Numbered from the whole stretch's first letter, positions 23,832-36,548 are shown. The stretch is 63,926 nucleotides of DNA, filler included, from Octopus bimaculoides (GCF_001194135.2; 9 parts of 8 records of this genome joined end to end with filler, not necessarily neighbours in it); one strand, 5' to 3'. The notes: generated by a model from the letters alone, not told the origin. Program-made: numbers and translations.

Positions 23832-24500
23832 CTAGTAGCAAAGGTACCCGACATCGCCCACGTAACCAGTATGTAGACGTAGTTTGTGTTAAATGACTTA
23901 AATAATATCAAGTTTTCTTGTAATGCCTTTTGTGTACCATTTTATTTACATATATTCTTTAATGTAATGCACAAATATATCTGATGTTGAGCTTCTTTTC
24001 CTGGTCTCTATGAAACTTTTAAAACTGTATCTCTTGATAATTTAAATTCATCTATTGACAATTTTAATTGTGACATATGAAAGTACTATCTTTATATTTA
24101 TATTTTCTCGAAATGTTAAATTAATATGAAGTACATGAAACTGAAATGATTTTAAGAGAAATGCATTTTATGAAGCTACATATTATGAGGGCAACCTTTC
24201 TTATTCCGCTGTATGGTGTTGCGCTTGGTTCAACACATAGTCATGCAACAAGGAGCTGACCATGAGCAAAACGGGCTTGTTTGTTCAGCTCCAGCAACCT
24301 CGTGAGATTATCTGTGAGACTTATTGACAGAGAGAAAAAAAAATGACAATGTCAATGGAACTTGAAGATGTTTGAAGTGAAATAGTATATTTGGAGATAT
24401 GAGCGGGATGCTTGGAATAAAAACCCTATTTCTTTTGGCACAACCACACATAATGGTGGTCTCGTTCACATGGATCGCTGCAGAGTTTTGATGCATTTAA
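23832..24500 (-). mobile_element. Helitron 3' relic (Pif1-like helicase C-terminus, decayed hairpin, CTAG end)
   Basis: ETTIMCGCAKRNRVFIPSIPLISPNILFHFKHLQVPL...NKSH...ARFAHGQLLVA matches the Helitron pattern VFIPRIPL, FKRLQFP, NKSQGQ, FSHGQLYVA. Minus-strand end acgtgggcgatgtcgggt...CTAG at 23832-23835. Confidence 0.75.
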
Positions 24501-24515
24501 TTTCTTAGCGAGATA

Positions 24516-25400
24516 CTAGGTGTGTTCATTAAAGATTTCCCCTAACCCACTTCTCAAGGACTGGGATAAACGAAACTTGGCATAATTATTAGTCCTTTTC
24601 CGCATAACTACCACCAATGGTGACACACATCTCCCATCGCTTTATGCAACTGTGAAGACCTCGTCTGTAGAAGTCGGTAGGTTGCCTCTGGAGGCAAGAT
24701 TTTACCTCGGAAATAAGTTTATTTTCATCCGAAAAGTGCTTCCCCTTCAAATGAGACTTCAAGGCTAGAAAGAGGTGGAAGTCAGATGGTGTAAGGTCGG
24801 AAGAGTAAGGGAGATGAGGAAGGATTTCTATGCCGCAGGAGTGTTCTTTCATCTGGGCAAAATGCGCATTGTGAACTGGGGNNNNNNNNNNNNNNNNNNN
24901 NNNNNNNNNNNNNNNNNNNNNNNNNNNNNNNNNNNNNNNNNNNNNNNNNNNNNNNNNNNNNNNNNNNNNNNNNNNNNNNNNNNNNNNNNNNNNNNNNNNN
25001 NNNNNNNNNNNNNNNNNNNNNNNNNNNNNNNNNNNNNCTGTGGTGCTCTTTGTCAGAAAATCCATCATCACTACTCCACGCTCGTCCCAAAAGACATTGA
25101 GCACTACCTTGCCTGCTGAGGGTTGGACATGAGCCTTCTTTGGAAGTAGTGAGTTATCATGCTTCCATTGCTTCTACTGGAATTTAGTCTCAGGATCATA
25201 GTGATGGACCCATGTTTCATCCTGTGTGTTAAATCTGCCGAAAAAGTCCTCCTCGTTTTCTTGGTACATTTCTAAAAGAGCCTGGGAACAATTGACTCGT
25301 TCGTGCTTCTGAAAATGTGAGGATCCGGGGAATCCATTGTGCAAACAACTTCCGCATATGCAAATGGTCTTGAATGATTTTTTTTTCCACGGACCCTTAT
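24516..25400 (-). mobile_element. mariner (D,D34D-type) transposase relic, 3' part
   Basis: DETWVHHYDPETK...KAHVQPSAGKVVLNVFWDERG...[gap]...PHLPYSSDLTPSDFHLFLALKSHLKGKHF...RWEMCVTIGGSYAEKD*. TIR-like end with TA at 24514-24515. Confidence 0.9.
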
Positions 25401-25984
25401 TTTCACTTCTTGGGCTAATTACCGAATAGTTATGTGGCGATCCTCCAAGTCAAGCAATTTTTATAATAGAATGTCTTATATAATTTTTGTTCGTTCCATG
25501 TCAGACCATGCCTTCCCCGACAGACAGACCTCTTGATCAGAACACATTTGTGCATATGTATGTATGTATGTATATGTATGTGTGTGTGTGTGTCTATGTA
25601 TGAGTGTTTCTTTGCGATGGACAGCAGAAATGCCACCTACACCCTCTCTCCTTAAAGCTACGCATTCCTCACACCCACCTTTCTTTCCCTTCCTCAGCAT
25701 TTAAAAAGTTACTTATATGCATGTGTGTGTGTATGCGTGTATCTATGCATTTACGAAAGTATGTATGCAGCGTCACATGTATATGACAGCTGTATTAACG
25801 TTGTTACCCCATTGCCACTCCATAGTTGTTGCTTACACAACGCTGTAATCCCCTTCACTGATGTCACTGACAACTCACTACGCTACTACATTTCCCTCAC
25901 ACTAATGCACTTTGCACTCTTCTCATTTTATCATATAATAGCCCAACCCCACTAGAGGGACCATTATAGATTTTTATTGAAATC

Positions 25985-26120
25985 CAATTAGCCTATAATT
26001 GAACTTGATGTTAGTTTAACATGTATGTAAAGTTTCGTCGAGATCGGATCAGTGGTGTAAGGTAAAAAGATGGTAACGGACAGATCGACAGACAGAAATT
26101 GCGATTTATCTATAAGATAT
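25985..26120. mobile_element. Helitron/DINE-1-like non-autonomous terminal fragment
   Basis: aagtttcgtcgagatcggatcagtggtgtaag...acggacagatcgacagacaga...ttgcgatttatctataagat resembles Lep1/DINE-1-type ends. A related motif (atctaatataataaatgcg) lies in the opposite orientation near 44485. Confidence 0.4.
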
Positions 26121-26127
26121 ATGCATG

Positions 26128-26182
<55 letters not shown>

Positions 26183-27620
26183 TGCCAATGCACTGTGATT
26201 GCTTATAAATTTATTATTATTATTATTATCACTTACACACACGCACACATATACACACACACACACGTTAATCTAGGTTAATGAAATTGTTGTCGATATG
26301 GGGTGGGACTCGTTTGTTGGGCGGGTGAGGTGAATGAGGAGGGGAAACTAAAGACAGTGACCGAATAAACAAAAAACCGTGATTAGGAGTTAATAGAGAA
26401 GAATTAATGATGTTAATTATATGGAAGTGTTGATAATTTAAACGACACCTGGTGTATGTATTTTAAATTGATGAGTGATATTGTTATGGTAGATGAATAG
26501 AGCTTCCTTTTGATAATATACATCAGGAAGCTTTTATTTATCTGGTAACGTTTCTGCGTTCTATCATTGAGGTTGTTGCCGCTTCTTCTTCTTCTTCTTC
26601 TTCTTCTTCTTCTTCTTCTTCTTCTTCTTCTTCTTCTTCTTCTTCTTCTTCTTCTTCTTCTTCTTCTTCCTCCTACTCCTCCTCTTCCGCCTCCGCCTCC
26701 TCCTATTTCTCGTCTGTTTCTTTTACCTTTTCATCTTTTACTTTCCTCCTCCTCTTCCTCTTTTATCACTCAATCTTTCTGACCGTCNNNNNNNNNNNNN
26801 NNNNNNNNNNNNNNNNNNNNNNNNNNNNNNNTTAATTAATTAANNNNNNNNNNNNNNNNNNNNNNNNNNNNNNNNNNNNNNNNNNNNTATGAGTGTATTT
26901 CTCTTTCTGTTTGTATGGTTTACTCTCGGCAGAAAATGCAATTAAAACCGAAAAAGACAGAAATAGATTTCGGGGAATAGAAATTAGTGAAAACTTACAA
27001 CTGGTCCAAATCAAACTTAAATGCTATAGAAATCTGTAAGAAAATTGTTGATTGAAATTACCATTTATCAATTCTCAGAGTTGAATATATGTAATGCTTC
27101 AAGAGAAGTTTAAATTTACAATAGAAGAAACAATATTGCATATGATCAGTTTGTATATCTCTCTCTTGCAGTTTTAGAATGGTTTCTATTTCATATAATT
27201 TCACATAAAATCCCATTGATTTGATATATTTAATATAAAACATTATTCGATGCGCAATGTCCTACAGTATATCAGTACAACTATTTAGAATTCAAACCCC
27301 AAAATATAAAGAAAAATAGAAAATGGAAGTAAAGTAAGACTAAGAATAGATTAAAAGGATTTAAAATAAACATGAGAGCTCCCTCGATTTCTTTACGCGA
27401 TATTATGAATAGATATATCGTAATTTCAGGTGTATCACTGTTTGACAATATTTCGATAACTAGGGATGTTATTTTCATATGGTCCGCTCTTCTATCTCTC
27501 TGGCGCTTTCTCTGTCTCTCCATGTCTCTCTGTCTGTCTCTTTCTCTCTCTCTCTCTTTCTCTCCCCTCACTATATATAGGTGTGTGTGTGTGTGTGTGC
27601 GTGCATCTGTGTGAGTATAT

Positions 27621-27940
27621 ACTGCTCTGATCAAGAAGTATCCGTAATGCTGCCATAGTAACGAAGCTAAAGTACACAGGGTAACGCTACTTGGCAAAAA
27701 TTGATCCTGAGCTCTGCTGTAGATGCGCACTACGTTCAACGTAGTTCAGCGCACTTCTGCTACTTACAGCAGTGCTGGGAAGTAACGTGTGTAGCGTGTG
27801 TTCATCGCATTGAACATCACAGAGTAAGTTGAACAGAGAATCTGCATCGAATTTTGCCAAAAGCTTGGCGATAACTGCTCAGAGGCCTACGCACAGTATT
27901 CAAAGTGTTTCCATCTTTCTCGACACAGTCAAGAAGGCTT
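27621..27940 (+). mobile_element. mariner left end, internally deleted copy
   Basis: ctgatcaagaagtatccg...tgccatagtaacgaagctaaag leader; VEQRICIEFCQKLGDNCSEAYA, then a jump to C-terminal-like sequence. Confidence 0.75.
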
Positions 27941-28510
27941 TATGCAACTGAAACCCGAATGTATTTTTGATCTGCTGGAAATTGTTTTGGCACAAACTTG
28001 GCAGTCACGCGTTTCATACACCAATCGTCAGTGATAAAGGATTGAACTGAACTGTAACTAATCTTCACATCCTCTGATAACTCATGGATTGTGGTTCGAC
28101 GATTTCCCCTCACAGCCGCACACACGTCGATGTTTTTCTCAGTTCTGATTATTTCACACCTCCCAGAACGTTCATTACCATCACATATTTTGGACCATCT
28201 TGGAAACGTCTGAATCACTCGTACAATTTTGTGTGGCTCATACACTCCTCTCCATACACGTTCTGCAACTTTGTGTACGCCTCTGTGCAGATATCGCCAT
28301 GACAACTTTCTCTGTCATGGTCAATGCGACAATCACACGGTACACACGGGTTTTCGAAGTACTGCTGTAAACAGCAGAAGTAAGCTACAACGTTAAAGGT
28401 TAGTGCACTTGCACAGCAGAGATCAAAACCAATCAGTGCCAAGCGGGTTCATTTTGCATGCTTTAGCTTCGTTAGTATGGCAACAGTCCTGCTACTTACT
28501 GATCAGGTTC
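27941..28510 (-). mobile_element. mariner left end plus N-terminal DNA-binding domain, same family, opposite strand
   Basis: Same leader (ctgatcagtaagtagcaggactgttgccatactaacgaagctaaag); CTEAYTKLQNVYGEECMSHTKLYE...ERSGR...IRTEKNI...RRTTIHELSEDVKISYSSVQS...RVTAKFVPK. Confidence 0.85.
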
Positions 28511-28615
28511 AAAACGTTAACGACTTTTTTTAATTCCCGAGCTTTATACTAATACATCTATTTGTTTTCTTCACCATCTGTCTTCCACCTGTTGTTTGTT
28601 TTGAGAATTCTCCCA

Positions 28616-28661
<46 letters not shown>

Positions 28662-29466
28662 GTNNNNNNNNNNNNNNNNNNNNNNNNNNNNNNNNNNNNN
28701 NNNNNNNNNNNNNNNNNNNNNNNNNNNNNNNNNNNNNNNNNNNNNNNNNATATGTGTGTATGTGTGTGTATGTGTGTGTGTGTGTATGTGTGTGTGTGTG
28801 TGTGTGTATATGTATATGTGTGTGTATGTATGTATATATATATATATATTTATTTATTTATATACAAATATATATATATATATATTTCTATATATAAGCA
28901 ATGTGTTCAGCAAAGTATCTAAAATTTAAGCCTGCGCCTAATTATTTAATTTTGTCACAAATATGCTCAGATTGTATTCCATTCGGTGGAAGGTTATTTC
29001 TGGACGCACTTGTAGTATTCTCTGTTTGAAGATATTCAAACAGTTTTAATAGCACATGCTTTCACTATATTTATTACACAAAGGCCCTTTCAAGCAGAAG
29101 ATATCCTATATATTTCTGGCACCAAGTAAGTTTTCTTTCTCTAGCAATCTCAGAATTGTTATCACAGGTTAACACAAATTATGCCTAGAAACACCTGCAG
29201 CTAATCTCAGCTCAAAATATCTACTCATGCTAAATTTTATACTTACATTGTTATAACAAATGCCACCACTCCTCGTATCCATCTTACAACGAAACAGTCC
29301 AATTAGAATTATCTTCGTCTCCTATGACCAAGATTATTCAAATAATGAACGTATCTAGCCGTTCTGTATTGATTGAATACAACTAGACTAAAATTCTAAA
29401 GTTACAGTGACAAGGATTCAGGTATCTTGTTTTGCAATTTCAGTGTTACACTTCTCATATACTGTG

Positions 29467-29660
29467 CAGTAATCCCTCGCCATATCACGGTTTATCTATC
29501 GCGCACTCAGTACATTGCGGTTCACTTATCGCGCACTCAGTAAATCGCTGATTTTTCTGGCTAATATATGTAAATATATGTCGCGGAATTTACTGGCTAA
29601 TATATGTAGATTTATATCCCGGACTCCTCAGTATATCGCGAGTTTCTGGGGCCGGTAGGT
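29467..29660 (+). mobile_element. pogo/Tigger-like MITE left end
   Basis: Starts CAGTAATCCCTCGCCATATCACGG, a Tigger-type TIR. Internal duplications of tatcgcgcactcagta and ctggctaatatatgta. No right TIR seen. Confidence 0.5.
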
Positions 29661-30325
29661 AATTAATCGTTTTTAGATTTTAACTAGCGTATTTTAATTA
29701 ATGTCCTGCAATCGGTAACTGACTTAATAATATCATTAATTATTTTAATAAGAAATATGTATCCAATTCCAAATCATATGAGTAGTCAATGTTTTTTCGA
29801 GATTGCTCAAATTTGAAAATTGAAATTTGTCTACTGGGTGGGAAAAAATCTTACAAACAGAATCGATGGCAATACGTAAACACACCGTTGCGTTCTGTAA
29901 GGTGTAAGTTAATTTTCATTTTCATCATCACTAGAAAATAAGCAGTAGGTGAACTGCGCATGTGACAGTGTAAGACTGAAGTTGTTTTCATGTGTTATCA
30001 ATTTTAGATAAAACTTGCATTTTAAATACCTGCACGTCACCTAGTTAGTTTCAGGCATTGCTGCAATGTTTTATCTCGTTGCAGGTGGTAATGAATTATA
30101 CTAAATAAACGTAATTTAAGGAAGACGTTTTGATATCAAATTCTATTATTTAATGTGAAAAATAAAATAAAAATAAAAGAAAAGTAATTTGTTGGTAATT
30201 ACTTAACTTTCTAGAAAATGAAATGAAATCCTTTTCAGCTGAGACTCCTGCAATCAAATAACACGTTGGATACTTTTAGAAATTTCACTATTAGAAATAT
30301 TTGGAACAGTGGTTTGCCGACTCAC

Positions 30326-30427
30326 CGCATCACATACAAGGACAACAAAATCCATAACAATATGAACAATGGCAACAACAATTAATACAACTGTGAAATT
30401 AAACTGTGCATGCAAACTATGTGCCAT
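30326..30427 (-). CDS. Candidate signal-peptide-like coding exon
   Basis: aatATGG; MAHSLHAQFNFTVVLIVVAIVHIVMDFVVLVCDA followed directly by a phase-0 GTGAGT donor (30325-30320). No downstream exon was identified. Confidence 0.3.
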
Positions 30428-30505
30428 ATTTACTCCTCGATGAATCGTGTTTCGATTGTATAGAATCAATTGTAAATATATATCCATTCCTTCCATACAC
30501 GGTAG

Positions 30506-30540
<35 letters not shown>

Positions 30541-31195
30541 GAGGGATAGAGAGAAAGAAAGAAAGAGAGAGAGAGAGAGAGGGCGACAGAGAAAGAAAGA
30601 AAGAAAGACAGGACGAGAGAGAAATAAAGTGCTACAATCTCAATTTATCGCGACCAGACTTTGCAGGGAATGCGCACTGTTGAGATTAGGTGTTAGACAG
30701 ATGTAATTTGCTCAGTTCATTACATCTAAACGGCATCAACATGTAAATACAAATTCTACAAAGCTGTAAATGTGAAATCGAAACTTGGTCACAGACAACT
30801 CCGCGAGGATTATACGAGTGGAAGGTGACAGGCATAAACCCAAACGAAATTATATATTCTGAAACAACAAATTTACAAATAAATTCACATAGGAAATACG
30901 TACTAAATATGCGTATTGTTTGCTGAAGCCAGTTTTATTACAGAATACTCCTAGAATAAATAAATGAAAGTTATATTATTTTCGGAAAATAAATATTCAA
31001 TAAAACTGCCAGACAATGTACCGAAAGTATTCACTTCACGAACAACAATAAACAAGATTACTCCTTCCAATAATCTCTCAATTAGAGTAAATTAGCACAT
31101 GCTCAGATGATATAAAACATGTATCTTCAAAAGCCGAATTTAATGTGTCTTTATGTATTTATGCATTAATCTATTTCTCTTTCCGTACACATCTC

Positions 31196-31265
<70 letters not shown>

Positions 31266-31323
31266 CCAACCTGCCTACCTACATATATACACATAAATGT
31301 ATGTGTGTGTGTGCGAGTGTGTG

Positions 31324-31365
<42 letters not shown>

Positions 31366-32268
31366 GTGCACGCGTGTCTGTTGCTGTATTCCGCTATAGT
31401 TATCCCGTGCTGAAATGGACACACGCGGAGATTAACCAACACGATCGTACTACCCGAAAGACAATGGCAATGCTCTACACCCACAGTACGAATGCATATA
31501 TACGAAGTACGAGTACATGGAATATGAACTATTTATTTGAACAATGAAAGACACAAATGGAAGAAAAAGTAGTTCATATTTCTCTTCCTCCACCTCTGCC
31601 TCCACCTCCTCCTCATCCGCCTTCTTCTTTTCTTCTTCTTTCCCTTCTTATTTCTCTTCCTTTCTTACTTCTCTTCTATTTCTCCTCCTCGTTATCATTC
31701 TTATTCTTCGCTTTCTTATCCTTCTTGTTTCTCCTCCTCCTTATTTGACCTACTTCATCTTTTTATTTCTCCTCCTTCTGCTCCTTATTCTCCTCCTTCT
31801 CCTTCATATTTCTCCTTCTCCTCCATCTTTCTTCCACTTCTTTTCTTCCTTCTTCTCTCTCCTCCCCCTCCTCCTCCTCCTCCTTCTTCTTCTTCTTCTT
31901 CTTCTTCTTCTTCTTCTTCTTCTTCTGCTGCTGCTGCTGCTGCTGCTGCTTAAACAATCAAAGCGAAGAACTCATCAAATATCATTTTTAGAACTGATAC
32001 TACCTACTCCCTAATACCAGGCCTTAATACCAGGCCTCTACAAGAGTAAAAAAAAAGAGGGAGACAGAAAAATAGAAAATGTCTCTTGTATTTGAAAACT
32101 AAGGAAACATTAAAAAAAAAAAATTTCCTCAATTTAATTGATTTTCATGTTTTACTCTAAGTTGAAAAAGTCTCAAAGACAGTAACCGGTACTAAAATAT
32201 TCTTCATGATAAAAGTGTCTTAGAATTTTCCACCTTGTCTTATTTTCCCTATACACATATGTGAGTGA

Positions 32269-32541
32269 GTGGAGGTGCAATGGCCCAGTGGTTAGGGCAG
32301 CGGACTCGCGGTCGTAGGATCGCGGTTTCGATTCCCAGACCGGGCGTTGTGAGTGTTTATTGAGCGAAAACAGCTAAAGCTCCACAAGGCTCGTTTCTGT
32401 TGTGCTTGTAATTCAAAGGGTCAGCTTTGTCACACTGTGTCACGCTGAATATCCCCGAGAATTACGTTAAGGGTACACGTATCTGTGATGTGCTCAGTCA
32501 CGTGCACGTTAATTTCACAAGCAGGCTGTTCCGTTGATCGG
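32269..32541 (+). mobile_element. SINE family C (tRNA-derived)
   Basis: A box TGGCCCAGTGG, B-box-like GTTTCGATTCC; 3' part gcaggctgttccgttgatcg shared with 36549-36784; runs into a gap. Confidence 0.85.
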
Positions 32542-33430
32542 NNNNNNNNNNNNNNNNNNNNNNNNNNNNNNNNNNNNNNNNNNNNNNNNNNNNNNNNNNN
32601 NNNNNNNNNNNNNNNNNNNNNNNNNNNNNNNNNNNNNNNNNNNNNNNNNNNNNNNNNNNNNNNNNNNNNNNNNNNNNNNNNNNNNNNNNNNNNNNNNNNN
32701 NNNNNNNNNNNNNNNNNNNNNNNNNNNNNNNNNNNNNNNNNNNNNNNNNNNNNNNNNNNNNNNNNNNNNNNNNNNNNNNNNNNNNNNNNNNNNNNNNNNN
32801 NNNNNNNNNNNNNNNNNNNNNNNNNNNNNNNNNNNNNNNNNNNNNNNNNNNNNNNNNNNNNNNNNNNNNNNNNNNNNNNNNNNNNNNNNNNNNNNNNNNN
32901 NNNNNNNNNNNNNNNNNNNNNNNNNNNNNNNNNNNNNNNNNNNNNNNNNNNNNNNNNNNNNTATATATATATATATATATATATGTATGTTTATATACAT
33001 TGGTTATTGCCTACAAGAATATATCATTGAATCTTGTAAATATTTCATAAATAGCGATGGATAATTACAAAAGCAATATTTTATCAATACATCGTAGTTG
33101 AGGTGTATATACATATGCTTTATCAAATTACGTAAATGTCAAATTGAAAAATATTGCTTTTCTGTTCTTGTGTAAATTCAGTATGAAGACTCGATCAACA
33201 TGAAACACTTTATTTTATATATCCTAACACAATACTATATGAATTGAATTGATACCAGTGAATTACATTTTGTTCTACAAAAGTATAAGAGTAATATATA
33301 TGCGTGTGGGGATGCGTGTATCTCGCTCTCCCATTTTTCTCTCTATTTGTATATAAAATAAGTATCTATCTATCTATCTATCTATGTATCTATTTATATA
33401 TATATACCTATATATACATATATATATGTA

Positions 33431-33461
<31 letters not shown>

Positions 33462-33463
33462 AT

Positions 33464-33507
<44 letters not shown>

Positions 33508-33607
33508 NNNNNNNNNNNNNNNNNNNNNNNNNNNNNNNNNNNNNNNNNNNNTTAATTAATTAANNNNNNNNNNNNNNNNNNNNNNNNNNNNNNNNNNNNN
33601 NNNNNNN

Positions 33608-35073
33608 AAAAAAAAACAATTTTTCACTTCACAACACTAGAAATTCAAGAAACAAAAAACTATTAAGCCAACAAGGACCAAAACTAAAATTAAAAATACC
33701 TGAAAAAATCATTCATGATATACAAAAACAAACCATCATATACAAAATTTTGAACACAAAAACAAGAAAACCAGAGCAACCAGCAACAGAAATTATTGAA
33801 CAATGTTTCTACCCCATATTGGCCCACAAGAAATACATAAACTGGGCAAACAGTTTCGCCAGCGTGCAAGTTAGATTTGACAGCGAAGAGGAAGTGAAAG
33901 AGTTGTCCACGCTGAATTTTCGTTCCAAACATATAATATTGGTACCCACGTACCTTGGACAAAGGGTAACCAGAGTATCAATAAAAAATGTCCCTCCAGA
34001 AGTGGAACCACAATGGCTGTTATCAGCTATTTGTTATCGCATAGAAGGAAATATAAACATTCTAGAAACTACTGCATTAAAGCAGGAAGACTGGAATGGA
34101 AAAAAATTCGATGTCCTGTTACAGATTACACAGGAAGAATCAAAAGCAATTCCAACTCAAATTGAGCTGCCAGACGGCCACACACTCTACGTTGTGGTAG
34201 AAGGTAGAAGACCTCGATGGTACCTGTGTGACATCGAAGGGCACTTCAAAAAAGATTGCCCAACAGCAACAGATAACAAAAAACAAGAAGAAGGAAAAAC
34301 AGCAAAAAAAGGACCCCTACTACCCACACCACCACCAACACAAAGAACAAGCAAAAGGAGCAATACAGAAGAATCCCACAAACCAAACCCGCCTACACCA
34401 ACAAATGCACCCGAAAATACACAAACAACTACAAGAACTAAGGAAACAGTAAAAGCAAAAGACAATACAAAAACTAATTCCCGTTCTCCCACATCACATA
34501 CACCACAAGCAGATAATCAACAACCATCAACAACACACCCACTTCAACAAAGAAACACACAAGCACATGACATGCCCTTACCCCCTTCCGATTCCTTAGA
34601 AGACTCGTCCGAGGACGAAAGTAGCAGTAGTGAGTGGCAAATAGCACGAAAAGGGCGGAGGAAAAGGAGTAAAAAATGAACCAAACCAAAATGCAAACAC
34701 CAACAAAGCAGGGAGATATACATCTCCCGAAACCATCGTCTCCAAACATACCACAAACAACATCAACACCACAAGAACACATACAGAAAACATGCTCACA
34801 GCAATAGACACTGCAAACCCAGAATTAATGAACTACATAAATACAAAAACAAACATAACAAAAAACAACATCAAAACAAATAACCACCCATACACGACGC
34901 CACCTAATCATATAAAATTTTATCATATCACGCCAACATTACACCACACTTTAAAATCTCTCTACCACAATGCGGTAGGGGGATGCCAAAAATATCTAGC
35001 CAAAAAACTTTACAGCAGCCTACTTAACGAACATTCAAAGGAAAGAACAACCGAACTTTCGAACGGTAAGTAA
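33608..35073 (+). CDS. Gag-like ORF1 of a non-LTR retroelement (Tx1/L1-like); 5' end in the gap; one frameshift near 34671-34676
   Basis: The frame is open from the gap edge through 34679. VEGRRPRWYLCDIEGHFKKDC is a CX2CX4HX4C knuckle with the first C changed to W. A T/P/K-rich tail follows. A shift in the A6 run extends the ORF about 130 codons to the TAA at 35073. Confidence 0.75.
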
Positions 35074-35354
35074 CTCTCTGTTTCTATTCTTTTTAAGCAG
35101 AGCGTTACTTGCGTTAATTTCGTAAATAATTTTTTGCAATTAGTGACATTAATGTCCGAGGTTACCGTGGACTTTTCGTAGGTTTTCCTTTCCACGGATA
35201 ACCTCCCCATTTCTTGGGATTTTTTTTTTATATACCCCAAACGTTTTTCGATACCTTTTGATCGTTATCCCCATTTTTTCTCGTCCCCTCGAAAAGAAAA
35301 ACTCTACATTGTATTTGTCCCATCTATGTTGAGCCCGGTGTTGCTAATAAGGAA

Positions 35355-35356
<2 letters not shown>
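33608..35356 (+). mobile_element. ORF1-only retroelement with about 280-nt 3' UTR and (ATCT)n tail
   Basis: No endonuclease or RT between the ORF1 stop and the tail. 3' UTR hairpin 35158-35171 with 35191-35205 (14 bp, one bulge). Ends aataaggaaat followed by (ATCT)n. Confidence 0.65.

Positions 35357-35428
<72 letters not shown>
35355..35428. repeat. (ATCT)n tract at the 3' end of the ORF1-only element
   Basis: Directly visible. Confidence 0.95.
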
Positions 35429-36548
35429 TTGAGACACACTATATATTTCCAGAAATATACACACGCATGAGTGTGTCTTTTAGTGCTTGTCTGTTTCTAT
35501 AATTATGTGTATATATGTATATATATATTGATGTGTGTGTATTTGTGTGTGAGACTGCGTGTGTGCGCCTCTTTTTATTATTTATATTATTATATAGTAC
35601 GAGAACATATACAAGATATACAAATGATAACTATTTCAATCCCTTTTATTATCTTCTATATTTAATGTTCGATAAATGAGGTATGCCGGGGAAAACCACT
35701 ATAGAAAATGCTTTGAGACATGAGCTTGATACGGTTGCTATTCCCTTTACATATCCATCGGGTAATGTAATAAGCAAAAGTTGCTCTGACCCATATTTCC
35801 CTATGGTGTCGGTGATATTTTTTCTTTGTTTTTGTTTATGGAGTAATGAATGTTGAGTTGCTTAGTGACGCATTATAAGATCTTAAATGACAGTAGTGAA
35901 CAGAAGTCAGGAGTACGTTTTTATTGCCGCATTATAGGTTGTTGAATTACAATAGTAGTCAGAAGTCACGTTCACTTGCTTAGTGTGACTGATAATCGTT
36001 TAAGCAGCTTCTTTAGACGTGATGTGTTTGTCTTTATTCTATAACACGTAACACGTAAGAAAATGAAGCAAGCGAATATGACATAAGAGTATGTGCAAGA
36101 GTTAGAAAAGTATGTAATTGTCCTACAATTTTTGTGATTTTTTCACCACTGTGATTTCTTGTTGCTGTATGACATATGACACAGATAGCAAGTGGCATAC
36201 AAGTAAGTGACGAATGTCATTTAAACGACGATTTTTGGATATAATTTACGAAATTAATTCTCTGAAGCTATTTACGAGTAAAATATCTGAATGTTTGGTA
36301 CAAATATTTAAAATTTTTTCTACTTCATGTTATGTTCTATTTCTTCGTCATATAATGGTTCGCTCTTACTTTCCTCTCTGAAGTTATATCATTTCAATGA
36401 TCCCATAAAATTTAATTTTATCTACTGTTCTAGTGCATTCGTTGTATAGTGTTTCTCTACTTCTCAAATTACCATCTTTCTTGGCGTTTTTGTTTATGAT
36501 AGCTTCTCTGAGTATTAGTTTGCCTATCGAATTAACTGTCAATCATCA

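Noticed and set aside
28930-29400. Possible LINE zinc-knuckle remnant (PLCNKYSES) on the minus strand
   Set aside because: Only one short motif, with no colinear supporting motifs.
32269-32345. tRNA gene
   Set aside because: A and B boxes are present, but the sequence continues into a repeated SINE body and gives no convincing cloverleaf; treated as a SINE head.
35066-35100. GTAAGT...polypyrimidine...AG micro-intron at the end of ORF1
   Set aside because: 32-35 nt is below usual metazoan intron size, and it has no support.
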